DNA of 64,000 nucleotides from Escherichia coli. Its GTDB lineage: Bacteria > Pseudomonadota > Gammaproteobacteria > Enterobacterales > Enterobacteriaceae. The notes beneath the pieces are model-generated. The model did no database searches and was not told the DNA's origin. It saw only the letters and a list, made by a program, of their open reading frames with translations. Location of the stretch: NCBI RefSeq assembly GCF_044324785.1, contig NZ_CP172127.1; one strand, 5' to 3'. Below are positions 1-11,533 of this stretch, in pieces. A program made the translations under genes and the position numbers. Numbering within the stretch: position 1 is the first letter of the stretch; the number at the start of each line of letters is the position of its first letter.

Positions 1-2192
1 ATACTGTCGCCACTGTCACACCGGCACAATTGCGCCAATTTTATCAACGCTGGTATCAACCAAATAATATGACCTTTATCGTGGTCGGCGATATTGACAG
101 TAAAGAAGCGCTGGCGCTGATTAAGGATAATTTAAGTAAGCTTCCGGCTAACAAAGCCGCTGAAAATCGCGTCTGGCCGACAAAAGCAGAAAACCACCTG
201 CGCTTTAATATCATTAATGATAAAGAAAACCGGGTGAACGGCATCGCTCTCTATTATCGTCTGCCAATGGTACAAGTGAACGATGAGCAAAGCTTTATCG
301 AACAAGCTGAATGGAGCATGTTGGTTCAGCTGTTCAATCAGCGTCTGCAGGAACGCATACAGTCGGGCGAGTTGAAGACTATTTCTGGCGGCACTGCGCG
401 CAGCGTTAAAATTGCATCCGATTATCAGTCGCTGTTTTTCCGTGTAAATGCACGAGACGATAATATGCAGGATGCTGCGAATGCATTAATGGCAGAGTTG
501 GCAACTATTGATCAGCATGGTTTTTCTGCTGAAGAACTCGATGATGTCAAATCTACCCGCCTCACCTGGCTGAAAAATGCGGTTGATCAGCAAGCTGAAC
601 GTGATTTACGTATGCTGACCAGTCGCCTGGCATCCAGCTCATTAAATAATACGCCGTTCTTGTCGCCGGAAGAGACATATCAACTTTCGAAACGTCTGTG
701 GCAGCAAATTACCGTGCAAAGTCTGGCGGAAAAATGGCAGCAGTTAAGAAAGAACCAGGATGCATTTTGGGAGCAAATGGTAAACAATGAGGTTGCTGCC
801 AAAAAAGCATTGTCTCCTGCGGCTATCCTGGCGCTGGAAAAAGAGTACGCCAACAAAAAGCTGGCGGCTTACATCTTCCCAGGCAGAAATTTATCGTTAA
901 CAGTAGACGCTGACCCACAGGCGGAAATTAGCAGCAAAGAAACGCTGGCTGAGAATCTGACATCATTAACACTTTCCAATGGTGCCAGGGTTATTCTGGC
1001 AAAATCCGCGGGTGAAGAGCAAAAGCTACAAATTACTGCCGTATCTAATAAAGGCGATTTAAGTTTCCCTGCGCAGCAAAAATCACTTATCGCGCTGGCA
1101 AATAAAGCAGTAAGCGGAAGCGGCGTTGGTGAACTCTCCTCTTCCAGCCTGAAACGCTGGAGTGCGGAAAACTCGGTAACCATGAGCAGTAAAGTCAGTG
1201 GCATGAATACATTGCTCTCTGTTAGCGCGCGGACTAATAACCCTGAACCTGGTTTCCAGTTGATTAACCAGCGAATCACTCACAGCACGATTAATGATAA
1301 TATTTGGGCATCGCTACAAAATGCTCAAATTCAGGCGTTGAAAACGCTCGACCAGCGTCCAGCGGAGAAATTCGCCCAGCAGATTTATGAGACGCGCTAT
1401 GCTGATGACCGCACGAAATTACTGCAAGAAAATCAGATTGCACAGTTTACTGCCGCAGATGCGCTGGCTGCCGATCGCCAGTTGTTTTCATCTCCAGCGG
1501 ATATCACGTTTGTCATTGTCGGTGATGTCGCAGAAGACAAACTTCTTCCGTTAATTACGCGTTACTTAGGATCAATCAAACACTCTGATTCGCCATTAGC
1601 CGCAGGTAAACCATTAACTCGCGCGACGGACAATGCATCGGTTACGGTAAAAGAACAAAATGAACCTGTGGCACAGGTTTCACAGTGGAAGCGTTATGAT
1701 TCCCGGACACCTGTAAATCTGGAGACGCGTATGGCGCTCGATGCTTTTAACGTCGCACTGGCAAAAGATCTACGCGTTAATATTCGTGAACAGGCATCTG
1801 GAGCATACAGCGTTTCTTCTCGCCTCTCGGTTGATCCTCAGGCCAAAGATATCAGTCATTTGCTGGCTTTTACTTGTCAACCAGAACGACATGATGAACT
1901 GTTAACGTTAGCGAATGAAGTGATGGTTAAGCGTCTGGCTAAAGGGATCAGTGAGCAAGAACTGAATGAATACCAGCAAAACGTTCAGCGCAGCCTCGAT
2001 ATCCAACAGCGTAGCGTTCAACAATTAGCGAACACCATTGTAAATAGTCTTATTCAATATGACGATCCTGCAGCATGGACTGAGCAGGAGCAATTGTTGA
2101 AACAAATGACGGTAGAGAATGTTAACACTGCCGTTAAACAATATCTTTCTCATCCGGTAAATACTTATACCGGAGTATTATTGCCAAAATAA
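1..2192 (+). CDS. pqqL: M16-family zinc peptidase PqqL, C-terminal ~730 codons; 5' end lies upstream of the window
   Basis: Reading frame is open from base 3; track ORF 30..2192; translation matches the PqqL/insulinase-family C-terminal region; followed by the AT-rich gadB promoter region. Confidence 0.85.
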   Translation, partial: TVATVTPAQLRQFYQRWYQPNNMTFIVVGDIDSKEALALIKDNLSKLPANKAAENRVWPTKAENHLRFNIINDKENRVNGIALYYRLPMVQVNDEQSFIEQAEWSMLVQLFNQRLQERIQSGELKTISGGTARSVKIASDYQSLFFRVNARDDNMQDAANALMAELATIDQHGFSAEELDDVKSTRLTWLKNAVDQQAERDLRMLTSRLASSSLNNTPFLSPEETYQLSKRLWQQITVQSLAEKWQQLRKNQDAFWEQMVNNEVAAKKALSPAAILALEKEYANKKLAAYIFPGRNLSLTVDADPQAEISSKETLAENLTSLTLSNGARVILAKSAGEEQKLQITAVSNKGDLSFPAQQKSLIALANKAVSGSGVGELSSSSLKRWSAENSVTMSSKVSGMNTLLSVSARTNNPEPGFQLINQRITHSTINDNIWASLQNAQIQALKTLDQRPAEKFAQQIYETRYADDRTKLLQENQIAQFTAADALAADRQLFSSPADITFVIVGDVAEDKLLPLITRYLGSIKHSDSPLAAGKPLTRATDNASVTVKEQNEPVAQVSQWKRYDSRTPVNLETRMALDAFNVALAKDLRVNIREQASGAYSVSSRLSVDPQAKDISHLLAFTCQPERHDELLTLANEVMVKRLAKGISEQELNEYQQNVQRSLDIQQRSVQQLANTIVNSLIQYDDPAAWTEQEQLLKQMTVENVNTAVKQYLSHPVNTYTGVLLPK

Positions 2193-2454
2193 TAACAGCC
2201 TCGTCAACACATCGTTGGCGGGGATTTTATCAATATTCGCTATTTTTATGTAATAATTTTATAAATACGTTCAAAATAATAACCAAGTACTAATAGTGAT
2301 ATTTTAAGGTCTGATTTTTACGTGATAATTCAGGAGGCGTAGAAAGTGCATAAAAATAACAACATAAAACACCTTGCCACCACCCAAGAATTCAATAATA
2401 TATTGATTTTCAATGATAAAATATTATTCACATAATATCTCACGATAAATAACA

Positions 2455-2474
2455 TTAGGATTTTGTTATTTAAA
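2455..2474 (+). promoter_or_regulatory. GAD box (20-bp GadE-dependent activation motif) upstream of gadB
   Basis: Sequence TTAGGATTTTGTTATTTAAA lies about 80 bp upstream of the gadB ATG, matching the GAD box described for gadA/gadBC promoters. Confidence 0.6.
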
Positions 2475-2553
2475 CACGAGTCCTTTGCACTTGCTTACTT
2501 TATCGATAAATCCTACTTTTTTAATGCGATCCAATCATTTTAAGGAGTTTAAA

Positions 2554-3954
2554 ATGGATAAGAAGCAAGTAACGGATTTAAGGTCGGAACTACTCGATTC
2601 ACGTTTTGGTGCGAAGTCTATTTCCACTATCGCAGAATCAAAACGTTTTCCGCTGCACGAAATGCGCGATGATGTCGCATTCCAGATTATCAATGACGAA
2701 TTATATCTTGATGGCAACGCTCGTCAGAACCTGGCCACTTTCTGCCAGACCTGGGACGACGAAAATGTCCATAAGTTGATGGATTTATCCATTAACAAAA
2801 ACTGGATCGACAAAGAAGAATATCCGCAATCTGCAGCCATCGACCTGCGTTGCGTAAACATGGTTGCCGATCTGTGGCATGCGCCTGCACCGAAAAATGG
2901 TCAGGCCGTTGGCACCAACACCATTGGTTCTTCCGAGGCCTGTATGCTCGGCGGGATGGCGATGAAATGGCGTTGGCGCAAGCGTATGGAAGCCGCAGGT
3001 AAGCCGACCAACAAACCAAACCTGGTGTGCGGTCCGGTACAAATCTGCTGGCATAAATTCGCCCGCTACTGGGATGTGGAGCTGCGTGAGATCCCTATGC
3101 GCCCCGGTCAGTTGTTTATGGACCCGAAACGCATGATTGAAGCCTGCGACGAAAACACCATCGGCGTGGTGCCGACTTTTGGCGTGACCTACACCGGTAA
3201 CTATGAGTTCCCGCAGCCGCTGCACGATGCGCTGGATAAATTCCAGGCCGACACCGGTATCGACATCGACATGCACATCGACGCCGCCAGCGGTGGCTTC
3301 CTGGCACCGTTCGTCGCCCCGGATATCGTCTGGGACTTCCGCCTGCCGCGTGTGAAATCGATCAGTGCTTCAGGCCATAAATTCGGTCTGGCTCCGCTGG
3401 GCTGCGGCTGGGTTATCTGGCGTGATGAAGAAGCGCTGCCGCAGGAACTGGTGTTCAACGTTGACTATCTCGGTGGTCAGATTGGGACTTTCGCCATCAA
3501 CTTCTCCCGCCCGGCGGGTCAAGTGATTGCACAGTACTATGAATTCCTGCGCCTTGGTCGTGAAGGCTATACCAAAGTACAGAACGCTTCCTACCAGGTC
3601 GCTGCCTATCTGGCGGATGAAATCGCCAAACTGGGGCCGTATGAGTTCATCTGTACTGGTCGCCCGGACGAAGGCATTCCGGCGGTTTGCTTCAAACTGA
3701 AAGAGGGTGAAGATCCGGGATACACCCTCTACGACCTCTCTGAACGTCTGCGTCTGCGCGGCTGGCAGGTTCCGGCCTTCACTCTCGGCGGTGAAGCCAC
3801 CGACATCGTGGTGATGCGCATTATGTGTCGTCGCGGCTTCGAAATGGACTTTGCTGAACTGTTGCTGGAAGACTACAAAGCCTCCCTGAAATATCTCAGC
3901 GATCACCCGAAACTGCAGGGTATTGCCCAGCAGAACAGCTTTAAACATACCTGA
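2554..3954 (+). CDS. gadB: Glutamate decarboxylase beta (PLP-dependent), 466 aa
   Basis: Translation from [21 protein letters not shown]... matches GadB end to end; SD TAAGGAG 7 bp upstream; the track ORF begins at an upstream in-frame ATG (2485) that I regard as non-native. Confidence 0.95.
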   Translation: MDKKQVTDLRSELLDSRFGAKSISTIAESKRFPLHEMRDDVAFQIINDELYLDGNARQNLATFCQTWDDENVHKLMDLSINKNWIDKEEYPQSAAIDLRCVNMVADLWHAPAPKNGQAVGTNTIGSSEACMLGGMAMKWRWRKRMEAAGKPTNKPNLVCGPVQICWHKFARYWDVELREIPMRPGQLFMDPKRMIEACDENTIGVVPTFGVTYTGNYEFPQPLHDALDKFQADTGIDIDMHIDAASGGFLAPFVAPDIVWDFRLPRVKSISASGHKFGLAPLGCGWVIWRDEEALPQELVFNVDYLGGQIGTFAINFSRPAGQVIAQYYEFLRLGREGYTKVQNASYQVAAYLADEIAKLGPYEFICTGRPDEGIPAVCFKLKEGEDPGYTLYDLSERLRLRGWQVPAFTLGGEATDIVVMRIMCRRGFEMDFAELLLEDYKASLKYLSDHPKLQGIAQQNSFKHT

Positions 3955-4109
3955 TAACGTTTAACGGTAACGGTGTCCCGAAACGCACCCGTTTCGGGAC
4001 AATTTCCAAAGTCTGTTCACTGGCATTAGCAACGGAAAATATTGTTCTGAATACGCTACAGAACAAAACAGGTGCGGTTCCGACAGGAATACCGTTTTAG
4101 GGGGATAAT

Positions 4110-5645
4110 ATGGCTACATCAGTACAGACAGGTAAAGCTAAGCAGCTCACATTACTCGGATTTTTTGCCATAACGGCATCGATGGTAATGGCTGTTTATG
4201 AATACCCTACCTTCGCAACATCGGGCTTTTCATTAGTCTTCTTCCTGCTATTAGGCGGGATTTTATGGTTTATTCCCGTGGGACTTTGTGCTGCGGAAAT
4301 GGCCACCGTCGACGGCTGGGAAGAAGGTGGTGTCTTCGCCTGGGTATCAAATACTCTGGGGCCGAGATGGGGATTTGCAGCGATCTCATTTGGCTATCTG
4401 CAAATCGCCATTGGTTTTATTCCGATGCTCTATTTCGTGTTAGGGGCACTCTCCTACATCCTGAAATGGCCAGCGCTGAATGAAGACCCCATTACCAAAA
4501 CTATTGCAGCACTCATCATTCTTTGGGCGCTGGCATTAACGCAGTTTGGTGGCACGAAATACACGGCGCGAATTGCTAAAGTTGGCTTCTTCGCCGGTAT
4601 CCTGTTACCTGCATTTATTTTGATCGCATTAGCGGCTATTTATTTGCACTCCGGTGCCCCCGTTGCTATCGAAATGGATTCGAAGACCTTCTTCCCTGAC
4701 TTCTCTAAAGTGGGCACCCTGGTTGTATTTGTTGCCTTCATTTTGAGTTATATGGGCGTTGAAGCTTCCGCAACCCACGTCAATGAAATGAGCAACCCAG
4801 GGCGCGACTATCCGTTGGCTATGTTATTGCTGATGGTGGCGGCAATCTGCTTAAGCTCTGTTGGCGGTTTGTCTATTGCGATGGTCATTCCGGGTAATGA
4901 AATCAACCTCTCCGCTGGGGTAATGCAAACCTTTACCGTTCTGATGTCCCATGTGGCACCGGAAATTGAGTGGACGGTTCGTGTGATCTCCGCACTGCTG
5001 TTACTGGGTGTTCTGGCGGAAATCGCCTCCTGGATTGTTGGTCCTTCTCGCGGGATGTATGTCACAGCGCAGAAAAACCTGCTGCCAGCGGCATTCGCTA
5101 AAATGAACAAAAATGGCGTACCGGTAACGCTGGTCATTTCGCAGCTGGTGATTACTTCTATCGCGTTGATCATCCTCACCAATACCGGTGGCGGTAACAA
5201 CATGTCCTTCCTGATCGCACTGGCGCTGACGGTGGTGATTTATCTGTGTGCTTATTTCATGCTGTTTATTGGCTACATTGTGTTGGTTCTTAAACATCCT
5301 GACTTAAAACGCACATTTAATATCCCTGGTGGTAAAGGGGTGAAACTGGTCGTGGCTGTTGTCGGTCTGCTGACTTCAATTATGGCGTTTATTGTTTCCT
5401 TCCTGCCGCCGGATAACATCCAGGGTGACTCTACCGATATGTATGTTGAATTACTGGTCGTTAGTTTCCTGGTGGTACTTGCCCTGCCCTTTATTCTCTA
5501 TGCTGTTCATGATCGTAAAGGCAAAGCGAATACCGGCGTCACTCTCGAGCCAATCAACAGTAAGAACGCACCAAAAGGTCACTTCTTCCTGCACCCGCGT
5601 GCACGTTCACCACACTATATTGTGATGAATGACAAGAAACACTAA
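4110..5645 (+). CDS. gadC: Glutamate:GABA antiporter (APC family), 511 aa
   Basis: Full-length match to GadC ([26 protein letters not shown]...); multi-pass hydrophobic profile; immediately downstream of gadB. Confidence 0.95.
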   Translation: MATSVQTGKAKQLTLLGFFAITASMVMAVYEYPTFATSGFSLVFFLLLGGILWFIPVGLCAAEMATVDGWEEGGVFAWVSNTLGPRWGFAAISFGYLQIAIGFIPMLYFVLGALSYILKWPALNEDPITKTIAALIILWALALTQFGGTKYTARIAKVGFFAGILLPAFILIALAAIYLHSGAPVAIEMDSKTFFPDFSKVGTLVVFVAFILSYMGVEASATHVNEMSNPGRDYPLAMLLLMVAAICLSSVGGLSIAMVIPGNEINLSAGVMQTFTVLMSHVAPEIEWTVRVISALLLLGVLAEIASWIVGPSRGMYVTAQKNLLPAAFAKMNKNGVPVTLVISQLVITSIALIILTNTGGGNNMSFLIALALTVVIYLCAYFMLFIGYIVLVLKHPDLKRTFNIPGGKGVKLVVAVVGLLTSIMAFIVSFLPPDNIQGDSTDMYVELLVVSFLVVLALPFILYAVHDRKGKANTGVTLEPINSKNAPKGHFFLHPRARSPHYIVMNDKKH

Positions 5646-5667
5646 CCATGTCTGAATGGTTATAAGA

Positions 5668-5699
5668 CAAGGGAGCGATAATTCATCGCTCCCTTTTTC
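5668..5699 (+). terminator. Rho-independent terminator after gadC
   Basis: GC-rich inverted repeat AGGGAGCGAT-AATTC-ATCGCTCCCT followed by a T5 run directly after the gadC stop. Confidence 0.55.
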
Positions 5700-5775
5700 G
5701 TGCTCGCTGTCGTATTGACTTAACCGGGATAAGTACGAGAATGAGCGCACATCTGTTTACCGGAAACCAGCATAT

Positions 5776-7095
5776 ATGGATATCTGCTCCCGAAACGAGA
5801 AATTAGCGATTAGAAGACCAGCGGTACTGGTTGCACTGGCACTTTTACTGTGTAGTTGCAAAAGCACGCCTCCAGAGTCAATGGTGACACCACCAACAGG
5901 TTCAAAGCCACCAGCCACGACGCAACAATCGTCACAACCGATGCGTGGCATCTGGCTGGCCACAGTGTCTCGCCTCGACTGGCCACCGGTTTCCTCGGTT
6001 AACATTAGTAACCCCACCAGCCGGGCACGTGTACAACAACAGGCGATGATCGACAAACTGGATCATCTGCAACGTCTCGGCATAAACACGGTCTTTTTTC
6101 AGGTCAAGCCGGATGGTACCGCCCTGTGGCCATCGAAAATTTTGCCGTGGTCCGATCTTATGACCGGTAAGATTGGTGAAAATCCAGGTTACGATCCGCT
6201 GCAATTTATGCTCGACGAAGCCCACAAGCGTGGGATGAAAGTACACGCCTGGTTTAACCCCTATCGCGTATCGGTTAATACGAAGCCCGGTACTATCAGG
6301 GAACTGAATAGCACTCTGTCTCAACAACCGGCTAGCGTCTATGTGCAACACCGCGACTGGATCAGAACGTCCGGCGATCGCTTTGTCCTCGACCCGGGCA
6401 TCCCTGAGGTTCAGGACTGGATCACATCAATAGTCGCAGAGGTGGTTTCCCGCTATCCGGTAGATGGCGTGCAGTTTGACGACTATTTCTATACTGAGTC
6501 ACCAGCTTCACGGCTAAATGATAACGAAACGTACCGCAAATACGGAGGCGCATTTGCGTCAAAAGCAGACTGGCGGCGCAACAATACTCAGCAGTTAATT
6601 GCGAAGGTATCGCACACCATTAAAAGCATTAAGCCGGAAGTCGAATTTGGCGTTAGCCCGGCAGGCGTGTGGCGTAACCGATCACACGATCCGCTCGGTT
6701 CCGATACCCGAGGCGCGGCAGCCTATGACGAATCCTACGCTGACACCCGTCGATGGGTGGAACAAGGATTGCTGGATTACATTGCTCCCCAAATTTACTG
6801 GCCGTTCTCACGGAGTGCCGCACGTTATGACGTTTTGGCAAAATGGTGGGCGGATGTCGTTAAACCGACCAGGACCCGCCTGTATATCGGTATCGCCTTC
6901 TATAAAGTGGGTGAACCTTCAAAGATAGAGCCAGACTGGATGATTAACGGCGGCGTACCGGAACTGAAAAAACAGCTCGATCTTAACGATGCCGTGCCAG
7001 AAATTAGCGGCACAATCTTGTTCCGTGAGGACTATCTGAATAAGCCACAGACTCAACAAGCGGTTAGCTATCTGCAAAGTCGTTGGGGCAGTTAA
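5776..7095 (+). CDS. yddW: Lipoprotein, glycoside-hydrolase-like (YddW/DigH family), 439 aa
   Basis: N-terminal signal peptide with lipobox (LLLCSC); length and sequence match E. coli YddW. Confidence 0.8.
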   Translation: MDICSRNEKLAIRRPAVLVALALLLCSCKSTPPESMVTPPTGSKPPATTQQSSQPMRGIWLATVSRLDWPPVSSVNISNPTSRARVQQQAMIDKLDHLQRLGINTVFFQVKPDGTALWPSKILPWSDLMTGKIGENPGYDPLQFMLDEAHKRGMKVHAWFNPYRVSVNTKPGTIRELNSTLSQQPASVYVQHRDWIRTSGDRFVLDPGIPEVQDWITSIVAEVVSRYPVDGVQFDDYFYTESPASRLNDNETYRKYGGAFASKADWRRNNTQQLIAKVSHTIKSIKPEVEFGVSPAGVWRNRSHDPLGSDTRGAAAYDESYADTRRWVEQGLLDYIAPQIYWPFSRSAARYDVLAKWWADVVKPTRTRLYIGIAFYKVGEPSKIEPDWMINGGVPELKKQLDLNDAVPEISGTILFREDYLNKPQTQQAVSYLQSRWGS

Positions 7096-7469
7096 ACTCC
7101 CATTCATACTTTGTAACAAGCCGGTGCTTTCCCCCGGCTTGTTACCCTCTTGAAATATCCCACTAGTAATCATGCTTACTTAAGTCAAATTAACTACGCA
7201 ATTAACCACACTTAGTTAAACAGTCATAAATCCCCTAATAAAAATGTATGAATATGAAAAAACATACGATATTCGCTGTCACCGAAAAATAATTACGATG
7301 GGCTATACTCTTCTGAAGAACAGTAGCGTAGATTGAAACTGTCCTAAGTCGCTTATTTGTTTTCAGTATATCTTCATATTTCAGGAGAATATGGTGCAGT
7401 TAGTCGATCTCGCACGTTGCGTTTCGTTTTGATTCCGTCTGCTTTCCCAGCCTTATAAGGGTGTGAATT

Positions 7470-8852
7470 ATGGAGATGTATTTTAAAAGAATGAAAGATG
7501 AGTGGACCGGGCTTGTCGAACAAGCAGATCCGCTCATTCGTGCTAAAGCCGCGGAAATTGCCGTTGCGCATGCCCATTATCTGAGTATTGAGTTTTACCG
7601 AATTGTCCGTATCGACCCGCATGCCGAAGAATTCTTGAGTAATGAACAAGTTGAGCGGCAGTTGAAAAGTGCGATGGAACGCTGGATTATTAACGTGCTT
7701 TCTGCCCAGGTTGACGATGTCGAAAGGCTAATACAAATCCAGCATACCGTTGCGGAAGTGCATGCCCGCATAGGAATTCCGGTAGAAATTGTCGAGATGG
7801 GGTTTCGGGTGCTGAAAAAAATCCTCTATCCAGTCATCTTCTCTTCGGATTATTCCGCCGCAGAAAAACTTCAGGTCTACCATTTCTCGATTAACAGTAT
7901 TGATATCGCGATGGAAGTGATGACTCGCGCGTTTACCTTTAGTGACAGTAGTGCCTCAAAGGAAGATGAAAACTATCGTATCTTCTCGTTACTGGAAAAC
8001 GCCGAAGAAGAAAAAGAACGGCAAATAGCCTCAATACTTTCATGGGAAATAGATATTATCTATAAAGTCCTGCTGGATTCTGATTTAGGCAGTAGTTTGC
8101 CTTTAAGCCAGGCTGATTTTGGCCTGTGGTTTAACCATAAAGGTCGACATTATTTTAGCGGCATAGCCGAAGTGGGCCATATCTCCCGTCTGATTCAGGA
8201 TTTCGACGGTATTTTCAATCAAACCATGCGTAATACCAGGAATTTGAATAACAGAAGTTTGCGGGTGAAATTTTTATTACAGATAAGAAATACCGTATCG
8301 CAAATTATTACCTTGCTGCGTGAATTGTTTGAAGAAGTATCGCGCCACGAAGTCGGTATGGATGTCCTGACGAAATTACTTAACCGCCGTTTCCTACCGA
8401 CGATCTTCAAACGCGAAATTGCCCATGCCAACCGGACCGGTACACCGCTGTCAGTGCTGATTATTGACGTTGATAAATTCAAAGAGATCAACGATACGTG
8501 GGGCCATAACACTGGCGATGAAATTCTGCGTAAAGTCTCTCAGGCCTTTTATGACAACGTCCGCAGTAGTGATTATGTTTTCCGCTACGGGGGCGATGAA
8601 TTTATCATTGTTTTGACTGAAGCTTCGGAAAACGAAACGTTACGTACCGCAGAACGTATTCGCAGTCGGGTGGAGAAAACCAAACTGAAAGCCGCAAACG
8701 GCGAAGATATTGCCCTCTCACTTTCCATCGGTGCCGCCATGTTTAATGGTCATCCTGACTATGAGCGCCTCATTCAAATAGCCGATGAAGCTCTGTATAT
8801 CGCCAAAAGACGAGGTAGAAACCGTGTTGAACTCTGGAAAGCCAGTCTTTAG
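7470..8852 (+). CDS. dosC: Globin-coupled diguanylate cyclase DosC (GGDEF), 460 aa
   Basis: Full-length match to DosC/YddV; GGDEF motif (RYGGDEF) in the C-terminal domain. Confidence 0.9.
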   Translation: MEMYFKRMKDEWTGLVEQADPLIRAKAAEIAVAHAHYLSIEFYRIVRIDPHAEEFLSNEQVERQLKSAMERWIINVLSAQVDDVERLIQIQHTVAEVHARIGIPVEIVEMGFRVLKKILYPVIFSSDYSAAEKLQVYHFSINSIDIAMEVMTRAFTFSDSSASKEDENYRIFSLLENAEEEKERQIASILSWEIDIIYKVLLDSDLGSSLPLSQADFGLWFNHKGRHYFSGIAEVGHISRLIQDFDGIFNQTMRNTRNLNNRSLRVKFLLQIRNTVSQIITLLRELFEEVSRHEVGMDVLTKLLNRRFLPTIFKREIAHANRTGTPLSVLIIDVDKFKEINDTWGHNTGDEILRKVSQAFYDNVRSSDYVFRYGGDEFIIVLTEASENETLRTAERIRSRVEKTKLKAANGEDIALSLSIGAAMFNGHPDYERLIQIADEALYIAKRRGRNRVELWKASL

Positions 8853-8876
8853 ATGCGCCAGGATGCAGAGGTAATC

Positions 8877-11276
8877 ATGAAGCTAACCGATGCGGATAAT
8901 GCCGCCGATGGCATTTTTTTCCCCGCCCTTGAGCAAAATATGATGGGTGCGGTGTTAATTAACGAAAATGATGAAGTGATGTTTTTCAACCCCGCCGCAG
9001 AGAAGCTCTGGGGGTACAAACGTGAAGAAGTCATTGGCAATAACATTGATATGCTGATTCCGCGGGATTTGCGTCCCGCGCATCCTGAATACATCCGTCA
9101 CAACCGTGAAGGCGGTAAAGCGCGCGTCGAGGGGATGAGTCGGGAGCTGCAGCTGGAGAAAAAAGACGGCAGTAAAATCTGGCCCCGTTTTGCGCTATCG
9201 AAAGTGAGCGCCGAGGGGAAAGTTTATTACCTGGCACTGGTACGGGATGCCAGCGTAGAAATGGCGCAAAAAGAACAGACCCGACAATTGATTATTGCCG
9301 TTGACCATCTCGACCGACCGGTGATTGTCCTCGATCCGGAACGCCATATTGTGCAGTGCAATCGTGCATTTACCGAAATGTTTGGTTACTGCATTAGCGA
9401 AGCCAGCGGTATGCAGCCCGATACACTCCTGAACATTCCAGAATTCCCTGCTGATAACCGCATTCGTTTACAACAGTTGCTATGGAAAACCGCCCGCGAT
9501 CAGGACGAATTTCTGCTGTTGACGCGCACCGGTGAAAAAATCTGGATTAAAGCCTCTATCAGCCCGGTCTATGATGTGCTCGCGCATCTGCAGAACCTGG
9601 TAATGACTTTCTCGGATATCACCGAAGAACGGCAAATCCGCCAGCTTGAAGGCAATATTCTCGCCGCCATGTGCAGCAGCCCGCCATTTCATGAAATGGG
9701 GGAAATTATTTGTCGTAACATCGAATCTGTACTCAACGAATCGCATGTTTCGCTGTTCGCGCTGCGCAACGGGATGCCGATACACTGGGCGTCATCTTCG
9801 CACGGTACAGAAGTTCAAAATGCGCAAAGCTGGTCAGCGACCATTCGTCAGCGTGATGGCGCGCCGGCGGGGATCCTGCAAATTAAAACCTCGTCAGGAG
9901 CAGAAACCAGCGCCTTTATCGAACGCGTGGCAGATATCAGCCAGCATATGGCCGCGCTGGCGCTGGAACAGGAAAAAAGCCGTCAGCATATTGAACAACT
10001 CATCCAATTTGATCCGATGACCGGTCTGCCAAATCGCAATAACCTGCACAATTACCTCGATGACCTGGTCGACAAAGCCGTCTCTCCGGTGGTGTATCTC
10101 ATCGGTGTTGACCATATTCAGGATGTGATTGATAGCCTTGGCTATGCGTGGGCCGATCAGGCATTGCTGGAAGTGGTCAATCGCTTTCGTGAAAAACTCA
10201 AACCGGATCAGTATCTCTGTCGTATCGAAGGTACGCAGTTTGTCCTCGTGAGCCTCGAAAACGACGTCAGTAACATTACCCAGATCGCCGATGAGCTACG
10301 GAATGTGGTCAGCAAGCCGATAATGATTGACGATAAACCATTCCCGCTCACCTTGAGTATTGGCATCAGCTACGACGTGGGTAAAAACCGCGATTACCTG
10401 CTCTCCACTGCTCACAATGCAATGGATTTTATTCGCAAAAATGGCGGTAACGGCTGGCAGTTCTTCAGCCCGGCGATGAACGAAATGGTAAAAGAGCGTT
10501 TGGTTTTAGGCGCGGCGCTGAAAGAAGCAATTAGCAATAACCAACTGAAACTGGTTTACCAGCCACAAATCTTCGCAGAAACGGGTGAACTGTACGGCAT
10601 CGAAGCCCTTGCTCGCTGGCACGATCCCCTGCATGGTCATGTGCCCCCTTCACGGTTTATTCCTCTCGCAGAAGAGATCGGTGAAATCGAAAATATTGGA
10701 CGCTGGGTCATCGCGGAAGCTTGTCGTCAGTTAGCAGAATGGCGTAGCCAGAATATTCATATCCCGGCGCTTTCCGTTAACTTGTCGGCGCTGCACTTTC
10801 GCAGTAATCAACTGCCTAATCAGGTGTCTGATGCAATGCACGCCTGGGGTATTGACGGCCACCAGCTGACGGTGGAAATAACGGAAAGCATGATGATGGA
10901 ACACGATACCGAAATCTTTAAGCGCATTCAGATCCTGCGCGATATGGGCGTGGGTTTATCGGTAGATGATTTTGGCACGGGCTTTTCCGGATTATCCCGC
11001 TTAGTCAGTCTTCCGGTAACGGAAATCAAAATTGACAAAAGTTTTGTCGATCGTTGTCTGACCGAAAAACGCATCCTTGCCTTACTTGAAGCCATTACCA
11101 GCATTGGGCAAAGCCTCAATTTAACCGTCGTGGCGGAAGGCGTCGAAACCAAAGAGCAATTTGAGATGCTACGCAAGATCCACTGTCGCGTTATTCAGGG
11201 ATATTTCTTTTCCCGCCCCCTGCCCGCCGAAGAAATTCCAGGCTGGATGAGCAGTGTGTTACCGCTGAAAATCTGA
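8877..11276 (+). CDS. dosP: Heme/oxygen-sensing c-di-GMP phosphodiesterase DosP (PAS-PAS-GGDEF-EAL), 799 aa
   Basis: Translation from MKLTDADNAADGIFFPALEQN... matches DosP; start chosen at the ATG 8 codons into the track ORF; adjacent to and co-oriented with dosC. Confidence 0.9.
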   Translation: MKLTDADNAADGIFFPALEQNMMGAVLINENDEVMFFNPAAEKLWGYKREEVIGNNIDMLIPRDLRPAHPEYIRHNREGGKARVEGMSRELQLEKKDGSKIWPRFALSKVSAEGKVYYLALVRDASVEMAQKEQTRQLIIAVDHLDRPVIVLDPERHIVQCNRAFTEMFGYCISEASGMQPDTLLNIPEFPADNRIRLQQLLWKTARDQDEFLLLTRTGEKIWIKASISPVYDVLAHLQNLVMTFSDITEERQIRQLEGNILAAMCSSPPFHEMGEIICRNIESVLNESHVSLFALRNGMPIHWASSSHGTEVQNAQSWSATIRQRDGAPAGILQIKTSSGAETSAFIERVADISQHMAALALEQEKSRQHIEQLIQFDPMTGLPNRNNLHNYLDDLVDKAVSPVVYLIGVDHIQDVIDSLGYAWADQALLEVVNRFREKLKPDQYLCRIEGTQFVLVSLENDVSNITQIADELRNVVSKPIMIDDKPFPLTLSIGISYDVGKNRDYLLSTAHNAMDFIRKNGGNGWQFFSPAMNEMVKERLVLGAALKEAISNNQLKLVYQPQIFAETGELYGIEALARWHDPLHGHVPPSRFIPLAEEIGEIENIGRWVIAEACRQLAEWRSQNIHIPALSVNLSALHFRSNQLPNQVSDAMHAWGIDGHQLTVEITESMMMEHDTEIFKRIQILRDMGVGLSVDDFGTGFSGLSRLVSLPVTEIKIDKSFVDRCLTEKRILALLEAITSIGQSLNLTVVAEGVETKEQFEMLRKIHCRVIQGYFFSRPLPAEEIPGWMSSVLPLKI

Positions 11277-11288
11277 CAAATTCCTCTC

Positions 11289-11312
11289 GCCCGCACTCGC
11301 GGGTTTTCATTT
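11289..11312 (+). terminator. Putative rho-independent terminator after dosP
   Basis: Short GC stem (CCCGC-ACTC-GCGGG) followed by TTTTCATTT just after the dosP stop. Confidence 0.4.
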
Positions 11313-11533
11313 AACGTGACACTGTCACTTAAATACTGTGATTTCAGCTACGATTCCGGGAGATTCCTTCCTTAACTTCCCCTCTTGCACCAAAACTGCA
11401 CTACGCTGCACAAATGTTGATCAAAAGTTAAAAAATATAACTTTAAGCCAGCATTCTGGCGCTTATCCCGGCATGGCATGAGATCTGCATAAGCGGAAAG
11501 CGCAGCAATTTTTGTCTTATACAGGAACCGTTT

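Noticed and set aside
2485-2553. Upstream in-frame extension of gadB (track start [23 protein letters not shown]-)
   Set aside because: The native GadB N-terminus is MDKKQVTDL..., with a strong SD directly upstream of that ATG; the extension runs through the promoter region.
4265-5625. Small overlapping ORFs within gadC (4265..4483, 4808..5203, 5001..5297, 5392..5625)
   Set aside because: All lie in alternative frames or antisense to the intact gadC and have no independent signals.
9646-10020. 124-aa ORF in an alternative frame inside dosP
   Set aside because: Fully contained within the conserved dosP coding frame; Arg/Cys-rich translation with no features.
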